NCBI GenBank assembly: GCA_964234715.1
Contig: OZ174280.1
Strand: one strand, 5' to 3'
From: Podarcis melisellensis
Taxonomy: Eukaryota
Length of the DNA: 64,000 nt
Positions 39,511-50,371 of this stretch are shown here, piece by piece (position 1 is the stretch's first letter; the number at the start of each line of letters is the position of its first letter). The notes under the pieces were generated by a model, which was not told the origin of the DNA, did no database searches, and saw nothing but the letters and a program-made list of their open reading frames with translations. The translations under genes and the position numbers were made by a program.

Positions 39511-41075
39511 GCTGCATGCAAAAACAAAGCAAGGCAAAGTCACATTAGACATTGTGAAGTCAGGAGTAGCTTATTAACAGAATATAAGGGACTTTCCCAG
39601 TCTCCGTTGCCAAACTCTCTGATCTTTTCTTTCTGTGCAATCAGGTACATGGGTTCTCTGTGTACATAAACATAAAGAATAACTAGTAAGCTATTTGTGC
39701 CCTAGCTAGACTGATGGAGGGCAGGTCCAAGTGGGAAATTCCTAGTTAAACTATAATATGTACATCTGCAAAGACAAGGAGTATCTTGAAGAAAGACAGT
39801 TGTCCTGACACACAGAATCTCTGCATCAAGGCTACCTTGCCCTTCTCTTCCTTCTGTCATTCCCATGCACTTGCATATCTAAGGATCAGCAATGCTTAAA
39901 AAGTACCCTTGAGCTTCAGGGTGCATGCATATATAACTTGGACAATAATGATTATGTTCTGCCAATCATACAGTAGCAAGCATTCTTAAATGTTGGAATA
40001 AAGAAGCAATGGAAGGTTTTCTCTAGGCTGAGCAGAGAAACACATAACAATTCAGTACATGGTTGCCTCAGTCTAAAACCTCTGTGCAAACTAAGAACAG
40101 CCCCAGTAAAACCAAAGTTAATGATACTGTAAAAAGAGGTCAAACATAATGCTCAGGATTTGTAAGCCATAAGCTAGTAATATAGTATCGCTTGGGAAAA
40201 TAGAGCTCCTTCTGCTAAGAGTGTCAGGTTGAATGAACAAAGCGATGACAGAATGGCAAGCCTCTGGCTGATGCCACAGAATGCTCCCTAGGAAAAGTCC
40301 TTTTTCTGAGGGCTTCTCCAGATTCATTGAACATTCATTCGAATTTGCTTGCAGAAAGCTTACACAGAGGTTAGACACTGGGCAGTATCAATTTTCCTCA
40401 TCCTGTCAGTGCAATGATAACTGCTTGTGCGACAGGATTTTTCTCTTACAGATAGGTAGCGTGTTGGTCTGCCATAGTCAAAACAAAAAAATTCCTTCCA
40501 GTAGCACCTTAAAGACCAACTAAGTTAGTTCTTGGTATGAGCTTTCGTGTGCATGCACACTTCTTCAGGATTTTTCTCTGTTTTCTCCCTGCATGCATAC
40601 TCTGCAGCCTCACCAAATCTGCTTTGAAAAGTTGGGAGAACTGCCAGAACAGATTTAGCGGGGCACAAGGGAGGAGAAAGGTGAATTCTATTGTGCAAGC
40701 AGAAATCCTTGCATTGTGCAGACATTTACTTAATGCTATAATGGATACAAGCCCATGTCTGGTCTTTAATGATCATCCATCCTGATTTGCTTGTGCAGTG
40801 TCCATACATCTTCCTGCAACTCATTAATTCATGCCATGCTTTTCAGTACATTTCCTGTGACTTAACTTACTGCAAACAGCCTGTCTTTAAAAAGGTAGAT
40901 TTGTTGTACTAGGGTGAGCAAGCAATTTAATTGCACACGTCTAAATTTATGATATACACTTAAATCCCTCCTGCAAAATAGTGACAGTGTGGATTCTGGA
41001 GGCACCCTGACAGTAGGGCACAAGTTGCCAACATCTACAAATATGCATTCATTCCTGAATTCCCCACATACTTAC

Positions 41076-41330
41076 ATAGAACACTGGCCAGACACCCACC
41101 TATCAGCCGTGAAGTGATGCCAAACTGGAAAGACCGTCAGCCGGCTCTTTCCTTCACACAAGAACCAGATTCTTCATTGATTCTGCTTCAGACGCAATAA
41201 GTCCAGCACAAACTCTGAGTGCATTTTATACTCCTCTGGTTAATTCCTGGCTGATCTACCTGTTTATGTAATTGCATTAATTGCTACTTCTAATCTCTGT
41301 AATATCTACTGAAGATTCATACTTGTCCAT
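41076..41330 (-). promoter_or_regulatory. TSHB: TSHB non-coding exon 1 and proximal promoter (TATA, D-box, Pit-1/GATA-like composite element)
   Basis: Minus-strand donor GTAAG at 41071-41075; TATAAAA at 41224-41230; TTATGTAA (D-box) at 41264-41271; minus-strand AAGTATGAATCTTCAGTAGATATTACAGAGATTAGAAG at about 41287-41324, resembling the mammalian Pit-1/GATA2 element as I recall it. Confidence 0.8.
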
Positions 41331-41695
41331 TCAGGAAATGTAATTGAGATATGGAGAACTATAACATCTCCGCCTAGCAGCTGGATGGCACAACTAATTA
41401 ATTTAATATTCATTCTTCACTTACCACAACATGAAAATACATATATATGGATTTAGGAAAGCCTTTGTTGACATTGGCAATTGCCGGGAAAGAACTGCCA
41501 TGGGAGAGAAGCAAGCCCAGTTTGCAGATCAGGGGGTCTTAGGATAGATTTGAATGGTGATGGAAGAACATAGAGGTCTATATATGAAATTCTCAGCAAC
41601 CCTTAACAAACTACAGAGGCCAGAATTATTTGAGAGAAAGAATGTGCTTTGAATGTGCCTTAAAGGTATAGGTAAAGGTGGGGACATGGGACATA

Positions 41696-42227
41696 GGACA
41701 TGGGTGGCGCTGTGGTGTAAACCACTGAGCCTCTTGGCTTGCCAATTAGAAGGTCAGCGGTGAGATCCTGTTGCTCTATCCCAGCTCCTGCCAACTGTTT
41801 CCATGTGCTCTGGTTTCCGCCACGGTGTTCTATTCTGGCCACATGACTCGGAAAGCTGTCTGTGGACAAACACCGGATCCCTCGGCCTGAAAGCGAGATG
41901 AGCACTGCAACCCCAATACAGTGGTACCTCGCAAGACGAAATTAATTCGTTCCGCGAGTCTTTTCGTCTTGCGAGTCTTTTCGTCTTGCGAAGCACGGTC
42001 AAGTCGCAACTGCACCTCTTCAAGCGGTTTTAAGAAAAAGGAAACAAACTCGCAAGACGTTTTCGTTTTGCGAAGCAAGCCCATAGGGAAATTCATCTTG
42101 CGAAGCAACTCAAAAAACGAAAAACTCTTTCGTCTTGCGAGTTTTTCGTCTTCCGAGGCATTCGTCTTGCGAGGTACCACTGTAGTTGCCTTTGACTCAA
42201 CCGTCCAGGGATCCTTTACCTTTACCT
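41696..42227 (+). mobile_element. Sauria SINE interrupted by a MITE
   Basis: Head GGGTGGCGCTGTGGTGTAAACCACTGAGCCTCTTGGCTTGCC...AGAAGGTCAGCGGT and tail (ACCTTT)n at about 42213-42230. Confidence 0.8.
41919..42182. mobile_element. Tc1/mariner(pogo/Tigger)-type MITE, intact
   Basis: Perfect 22-bp TIRs CAGTGGTACCTCGCAAGACGAA / TTCGTCTTGCGAGGTACCACTG flanked by a TA TSD. Confidence 0.9.
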
Positions 42228-42807
42228 TTTTTTAAAAGGTATAGCATGTATGTGGCCTCAGCTGAATGCATCCCTGTAGTTCAGGACTGTGCCTAGAAAT
42301 GGTAAGTGTGGATCATGCGACTGGCTGCATAGGGCTGGTGACTAGTTTATTTGACCGGAAAGCCAGAAGTCATTTTCATTATTCAGTCTGTGGGACATTT
42401 TTCTTTCTCCTCTCTTCTCAAGGTCTCTAAAAATAGATCTACATCATGGCAAAAGGGGCTTAAGTGTCCAAAAGCAACACTAATTAATTTGACTTTCTAT
42501 AATAAATCTCTTAAACCTATGCTATGATGAGTCAAGTTCTTTATTACGGTCATAGACCAGCATTAGCAAAACATCTAAATAAGTAGCATAACAGTATGAA
42601 TCTAAGTGAATAATTATTAAATAAATAAGAGCAAGAACCAAACATATACATAGAATACTTAATTAGGCATAGATAATGGGTGAGTAAAAATTTATAAGAA
42701 AAATTAAAAGATCGGTTAACACAGCGATATGGGGTGGGCTTCAGAAGTGCAGATCTAACAATATGGGCCTTCAGGATTGAATTGCGTGGCTATACCCCCC
42801 CCCCAGG

Positions 42808-43535
42808 TGGAATAAATAAAGACACCGGACACAAGTATTTTGGTTAATGGGCGAAAAATGGCCACAACTTTATTGATTACAGGTAAGAGAGGTATTGACT
42901 TTAGGCATTGGCCCCTAACCGACTATCTGGTCTAACCGGGAAGGGTTAAACACCAACAGGGGGAGCTACCCAAGATGCATATCCCTAGGCGCTCCCCGAG
43001 GGGTTACCGATCGGGGGCGCGCTTTAGGCCCTAGCCTCCGTAGGTTTCGGACGAGGCGTCGCCCCTCGGAGTCCTTGAACGAACTACCCTTCAAGCATTG
43101 GGGGAGGTGATGGCGTTCCTCCCCCCCGACCTCATTTGCATAACAATACACCGGCCAATGCCTACCGCCAAAACCGAGGGAGTTGTGACGATTTGCTACG
43201 AGGTAGGCGAAAAAACCAAGTGGCTTCAAAACCAGCCAATTAGCCAAATGGAAAAACTCCTACCAGGCCCCTTGCGGCGACCAGCCGAAGCCCATAGCAA
43301 AGTCGATGGCAAAACCTAAAGGGTGGGTGGGTGGGTGGGTGGGAAACCTAGTTAGCTGCGAAGGAGAAAAGGGGCGAGCCAAGGGCTGCCCCGACCTTAA
43401 GTGGCCTCTGGAAGGCCCGCCCCCGTCGCCAGCCTATTGGCTGGCGCTGCGGGGGAATGTAAATTAAGGGAATCCCTGCTTCCCGCGAGGCTGACGCCAG
43501 CCCCGCGGGAGTGTGGGCAGGGTCGGGAGCCCGCA
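42808..43535 (-). mobile_element. CpG-rich solo-LTR-like element
   Basis: Abrupt GC/CpG-rich block. On the minus strand, in order: CCAAT (43436-43440), GC box (about 43416-43424), AATAAA (42869-42874) and terminal TTATTCCA. Boundaries approximate; no unambiguous TSD. Confidence 0.5.
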
Positions 43536-44444
43536 ACCCCCCCTCCTCCTGAAGTTCGGTAGTGGCATTGTAGCATAGACCATTCTCCGTTGAATATCTA
43601 TCATGGCAGCGCAAAATCTGGTGAATGAATATGTAACTTCTGGGGTCTCGTCATGTAGTAATAGGGAAATGTTGTGTTGTTCTGAATGCCCAGGAAACTT
43701 ATATAAGATGGATTGGATAAACCTAGTTTAAATGTCTATATAATATTGGCAATAAAGAAGGGCATGCTCCGTTGTTTCCTGCTGGCCAAAGCCACATGGA
43801 CATGAGTTTGTTATTATCTCATTGTTATATAATCTTTCCCAGGTGGCCCTAATTCAGAAATGGGGGCCCTCAGCAGATGGGTGGACCCTGGATTTCTGCA
43901 GGAAATAAATTGTGTGAGAGTGAGGAACTAAGCAGGGGTACATTCAGAGAATGACTGTCAGGTGCTCCGTCTGAGAATCAAGGGGAGTCTTCACATATGA
44001 TATCTTTGGAACATTGCCAGATCTAAATGTAAGTACAGCATCAGTACAACGGTCCTATTAATTTTAGCAAGATAATGGTGCATTGGATTGAGTGCAGCAA
44101 TCATCACCATGGGTTTACATGAGCGGGTTCTATTTCTTCTTTTGTTCAGCTTTGAAACACTGGTGGGACATTATTTTATTTATTTAAAACATTTTTATTG
44201 CACCCTTCAGCAAAATTTATTCCAAGAAAGGAAGGAAGAAGTGACTAGTATGGAACAGAAAAAGCAGCAATATTTAGAAGTAGGTAAAATGTACTTTTAA
44301 AGCCAGTAGATGAACCTTCTAAAAGTTGTTGGACTCCAACTCCTATCGGCTTCAGTTAGCATGGCCGGTAATCAAAGATGATGGGAGTTGTAGCACAGCA
44401 ACATCACCTTTTTCTCCAAGATTCTCTCTCTCTGCCCCCCTCAG

Positions 44445-44592
44445 TTCTCACAACAACCTTTGAGGCAGGTTAGACTGAGAGATAGTGGCTGGCCCAATAG
44501 ACCCACAGTGAGCTTCTTGGCCGGGTAGGGATTTGAACCCTGCTCTGCCAGACCCTAGTCCAACACTCTAACCACTACACTACATTGGCTCT
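44445..44592 (-). mobile_element. tRNA-derived SINE (MIR/Squam-like)
   Basis: Reverse strand reads AGCCAATGTAGTGTAGTGGTTAGAGTGTTGGACTAGGG...GGGTTCAAATCCCC (A and B boxes). Confidence 0.7.
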
Positions 44593-46292
44593 AGACATAC
44601 TCAGTGTCTAGTTTGCCCTACATCAGATCAAGGTCCACTTAACATGCCAGGAATATGCATAGCTCTTTAAGTTGTTCCAATAAAGACAAAATCTCATTTA
44701 TTTATTTTTAAGAGCCTTTGTTTATATCTTTGGTGGAAAGGGAGTGGATGAGGGAGTCTGAAAAAATGGGGAGAGGATGTGTAACAATACAAGGCAGGGC
44801 TTGTAAGCAGGCAAACATCAGAGGTAGATGTTTTGGGCCATTATTGCATTGCCTAGGTAGGGAAGGGGTGTGAACTGGGGTGTGGAATCTCCTCTTGGGC
44901 ATCTATCAGATGTGTTTAGCTAAAGAGGAAACAGATATCATCATGGGGTGAGGCTGATGCTTGAAATGTGCCTATCCTATGCTTGAGCAAATGCATATTT
45001 GGTCTAATGAAATTTGTGAAACGGCTGGCAGGGTTTGTGCAGGCCATCATGTAAATATTTTAATATAAAAATATTATTATTTATTATTTATGTTAGAATA
45101 AATTACGTATTTAGGTGTCTTAAATACCAGACCAGCTTCACAGCTCCTCAGCTGAAGATTCTGAGGTTTCATCTAGGAGACAAATTCTCACTCCAAGACA
45201 ATGAAGCAAGAGACTCCATATAGTAAAAGTCCCTTGCACTAGGTTGTAGTTATGCCTTTTTCTGAATACACTCCTCTGTCATGTACCAGATCTTTCCACA
45301 ATTCCCCTCATTAAGAGACCTCTTCAGAATCTACTATACCGTGGTAGTCCAGCTCCATTTCTGATTTATCTAAGGCACACTTGCTTCCCAGCTGGTTACA
45401 TGACTTGTCCATGTGCCGCTTAAACTCTAGGATCTCCATCCAATGACAGCCAGTTTAGGTATTAATCATTCATCTCTAACCTTTCTCCTAAGCAAAACAT
45501 CCTTCTCACTGACATCAACGAGTTGCACTTTCATGAAACAGAAGATAGCGCTGCCGTGTTGCCGTCAGATGAGTAATCCCAGGAACCCAAATATCAGGGC
45601 ACTGGATGTGCCTCAATGATAAGCAATGCTACAGAAAATGCAAAAGATGACTATTTAAAAGCAGGCAAGACGATGATGTCACATTTGTTGTAAAAATGTG
45701 CCAGTATTCTGAAAAGATTGTTAAGGGATGCAGACCTAATTATTCTGCTGCAGCACACAACGGAGGGACAACAAAACAAAACAAAGCCTGGAAGATTTGT
45801 GGGATGAAAAGTTCGGATTTCAGAAGGAAGTCACAATGGAAAATGAAACAATATGTCTGCCCTGAAACTTTTGAAGGCAGAAACACTATTGAAATTGGGA
45901 TTGCATAGAAGCAGCCAACCACCTTGAGCACAAATCATCAGGAGTGTACAGTTAAAAACCCCCACATCTGGATAGTCCCTAAGTTGTCAGAAAACTGAAT
46001 CTAGGGTCCCTTCAAGTGTCCTTACTGTGAATTCATAATGAGCTCTCATCAATAATTGCAATCACCCCCATCTCCAGCATTAGCTGCCACATTATATTGT
46101 CCAAGTAGGAACAGATAAATGTTGTCTCCTGCTTTCAAAGTCTAGAAGCTGCAATGGCTTACAAAGTTTCAAAGTACAAATTGTGTTCTTTGGTTATTGT
46201 GCTTTTTATTATAAAATTATAAACTAAATCTAATTAAGTAGAATAAAATAAATCTAAATACCTATTCCTGCATTTCAGGGAGTTGGACTAGA

Positions 46293-46439
46293 CAGGCATG
46301 TCCAACTCCCAAGAGACTGTGATCTACTCCCACTATAAAAAAACTGGCAGTGATTTCTTTATTTTTTGCCAGGCCAGGATCACACGATCAACCAGGATCG
46401 ACCAGGGACACCCCACAATAGACTGGTTGGACATGCCTG
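46293..46439. mobile_element. hAT-type MITE nested in a CR1-tail SINE remnant
   Basis: TIRs CAGGCATGTCCAAC / GTTGGACATGCCTG; duplicated flank ACTAGA; the host TTCCTGCATTTCAGGGAGTTGGACTAGA|TGATCCTCAGGGTC... resumes after the insertion. Confidence 0.75.
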
Positions 46440-49400
46440 AACTAGATGATCCTCAGGGTCGCTCCCAGCTCTACAATTCTAAGATTCTAGGAATGAATCA
46501 GAATAAGCATAGCATGGGTTGGGGAGGAAAAATGGGCAGCGAGGAAGCAACAGCAGTTTGTGCTTCTGAAGTGAGCATGCAGATTATACACAATATTTTG
46601 AATGTCCAATTAGGGAGAATTTGTTCCTGAACTAGAACAGGGATTTGCCAGATGTTGGTAGGTTTTGATTCTAGATTGACACTTCCATATGTGGTATGCT
46701 GATGTAGGAGCATTCACTTCCATTATCACCATGGACCAGTATCCACTCCTGGAAAAGTACACTCTTGCCATTAGCATCTGAATGCATCCAATGCAGAGCC
46801 AAAACTCAAGCATGTCTTAGACTGGATTAGAAGATCAACACATGGTAAGTGAGGTGTCCTAGAACTGGGCTGCTGTTATCCGTGCTTTGCTTTTGGGTTT
46901 GAGACTGAGTTATTGTTTTTCTGTGACCTTTTGTATGAAAAAGATGGATTGATTTAATCCTTGCCAGCACTAGTCACAGGTTAATCATTCACTTGCAGTA
47001 TGAATCATTAAACTGTTTTTGCAGGCCTAATTGGTTAACAATTTGAGTACATTTACTTCCTGCTTGTATGTAAGGTAAAGTATTGTTCCCAGAATCTTGG
47101 AGCAGATGTGGCTGGTTTCTGAAGGATGAGCACAAGAAAATATTAATGGTGCAGCTTTGGACTTGTGGCAGTGACTTCAGAACTATAAGTATGGTTGTTA
47201 CTTTTCTTCATATGTGAAAGATTGGCTTAGTTTCTAGTCTGAGGAAAATAACCAGCAAACATAAGAGCAGCTTGGTTTGTCAAACAAGATTCATTTTTCA
47301 AGACTTTGCTTCTGTTTCCTCATGAATTAGTCTTCTATTTCTGCTGTGGCAAATCTGGGAAGGGTCACCTAGAACGTTCTTGTCATATCTCTGCAGCCCA
47401 AGGTAAACCAGACTACAGTAGATTGTTGGTTAATTACTACATCTTTCCTAAACTATTTCTGTACTCATCAGAAAACAAACTGGTGAGAAATTCCGGAAGG
47501 GTGTCTGTGTCCCCTAAAACAGCCTCTGTTAATGGGCGGCTCTCCAAATGTGGTTGGAGTACAACTCACATCATCTCTCGCTACTGGCTGGGACTGAGGG
47601 GAATTGCAGTTCAACAGGCTCTGGAGTGCCACCCATTAACCACCCATGTGCTAGTTATTTGCACTGAGTTCTTTTCACCTTCTTGTTTGTAGCCCTCTTT
47701 CTATGCAGATCATGTATCCAACTTTGTTCTGATTTGGAATGTCTCTATGATGCAACTATCATGTGACCATCTCTCTTGTTTCTGAAAAATAAGTAGGGCT
47801 ATGATCAAAAGCACAGTGGCTTTAATACTCTTCTTATTCTTGAGAAGGAAATTGTTAAAGTCTTCCTTTTAAGAATTGGGAAAGATCATTCCATGGGGAT
47901 AGTTGTAGAAACTGTTTTGTTGATACACCTGTCAATTCATGTTGTGCTGAAACACAATCTTATGGTACATACATATCATTTCTTGTTAAGTTTCTCAGCT
48001 ATATTCAAATGACAGGCCAGGCCAGCCCAGCCCAGCCAATAATTGTTCTGCATGACTAACCTTAGAATTCTTTTATAGTTTTCCGTTACCATAGAGATCT
48101 CTATGGGCTTTGCCCAGCCCTGCAGTGAACATATCCCAAGTAATTAAACAAACAGAAACACGCTAAGGCTAAGTATCTGTTACTCGGGCCGTTGCTGCCG
48201 TCATCATCTTTGGTGAGTTTCAAGAGATTTGGAGAGTGTGTGTGTGTTAGGGGAGTGTATTGCTTTGGATGAATCACAGATCTCAAGCTGAAGAAGAGTG
48301 CTTTGGGGGGATTCTGGGCCTGTCTGAGAAGCAGGAGTTACATAAGTATGGGTTTGTCTACACTTCTGCTTGTCTCACCACTTTCCCCCAGGAAAACCCA
48401 CTCCGTACTGATGAATCAGAGCAAATGTCAATCGAGTCTTCCATGGATTTGTGATTCAGCAGTAGAGAGCAGGTTTTCCTAGAAAAAGCTGTGGGACAAA
48501 CAGAAAACCACTCAGACCCGTGCCCAGAAAGCACAGGAGAAGTGGAAAACCCCTTGGGCCCGAGCTTTCTAGGCATGGGACAAGAGAAAGTGTAGAGCAG
48601 CACGTAAATCATGTAAATAAAAAATCTACTTGCTGCAGCTTCTTGTCAGTTTGCCAGGTTGCGAGCTTGGAATTGCCTTCTAAACTTGAATTATGCTGAT
48701 GAACTGGAGGAGTAGGCAGACGTGCCTTCTGTTGTCCCTCCCTATTCCAGCCTTTGATTTGGCCTGTGCCTCAGGCGGCAGGATCCACTGAAGCAGCGGG
48801 TCCCAATGTTGATCTCTCCCCCCATCCCCACCCCTGTTCCTGATGTATAACTTTCCTCACCTTTTCTTTCCTGGGGGGGAGGAGAGAGCCATTTTGGGGT
48901 CCACCTCAGGTGCCGAAATGTCTTGGGCTGGCCCTGATGCATATCTTTAGATTCATAATTCAAGTCCTGTTCTTTCCAGCAAACAGGAGATGGAGAATAA
49001 GATGTTTCCTTGTCTCCTGATTCAGCAGTAGATTCAAAGATAAAGGTCAACTACAAGTTAACAACCTGTTAACCAAATATTATTTGCATATGGAATCCAC
49101 TATGGCCATGATTTTCAGTTACCATTGTATTTCATGAATCTGTCTGTCTCTATTGTCGATTATTCACCAAAGCCAGACTAAATGTATTTCCATCAGAAGT
49201 ACTAAATGGCAGACTGTCTGGCATACCCTATCAGAATAGGCTCTCCTTATGTTCTCAGGGTTTTGACTCTATGAAGAATATCCTACTACAATGTCAGCAG
49301 TTCAAACAAGCCAGAGATCAATTAATTAAACCCTTATTGGTAAACTTAACTGGAAAATCTGAAGCCTTCTACCTTTAAGTACCTCCTTGGAGATATGTCA

Positions 49401-50371
49401 AACAATACTACCCTGACCGTGGCTAAATTCCTCTTAGAAGTAATAAGAAATAGAAACTTACATGCTCTGGATAAAACATATTGGCTGCCTTGGAATCCTT
49501 TCCCTATATTTCTGTTTTATTTTGCTTTTGAAAATTCTTCTGTGGGTCTTTGGACCAAAATAAAGAATGTTATCTTATCTTATAACTTACCAGCGTAGTT
49601 GTTTTGAATATCTGGTTCTGGTAGTGCTATGAAAACTGTTAAGCCCTTCACATTAACACAGGGTATTCATACCCTAGCAGAGTACAGTCTTGATAAGCCC
49701 CAACGGAGGCAAAGGTTACAAGTTTTCAGTATGCCAAAGGCCAATTATTATTGTTCCACATTCACAGCTCATGATTACAAACTGCATCAATCATCTTCAT
49801 CCTATTTGCCCTGTGAGGTCTGACACTACCTTTCACATGTTACTGATAGGAATCTAAGACTCAGTAAATTAATTGCTCAGGGCTAAATCTAGCATATATC
49901 AAAGTTAACCCAAGTCCAAGGAAAACATGCTATCACAGTTGTGACACGTTAAGACTCCATTTATGTATTTCTGCTGAGGTACATGCCTTCAATAAGCCAC
50001 GGAATTGACAATGAAGCATTGAAATACTTGGTTTGGCGGTAAAGGCTTCTGCTGGCTCTACTCAGAGCATCCATGTTTGTCTCTTACCTCTCAAGGGGCA
50101 GAATCAATTGGTAATAACAGGGGATGTGTGTTTCTAACCCTACTTGTCTCTCTCAGTGTCTCTCTCAGAGAGGTGTATGCCTTATATGAAAGAACTATTA
50201 ATTGAGAAGATAAAGTTTAATGCCTTCTGCTCTTTTACACCTCTAAATGCTTTTGCAGAGAACCTAGCAGAAGCAATTTTAATTTATACCCATAACTCTG
50301 TTATTGTTGTTTTAAATATGTTTCCACAGAAGAAAAAGCTAACATAATTGACGAGGAAAAAACAGAAAGCT

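Noticed and set aside
41930-42175. CRISPR-like array of short repeats
   Set aside because: Eukaryotic DNA; the repeats are irregularly spaced, in both orientations and derived from the MITE's TIR.
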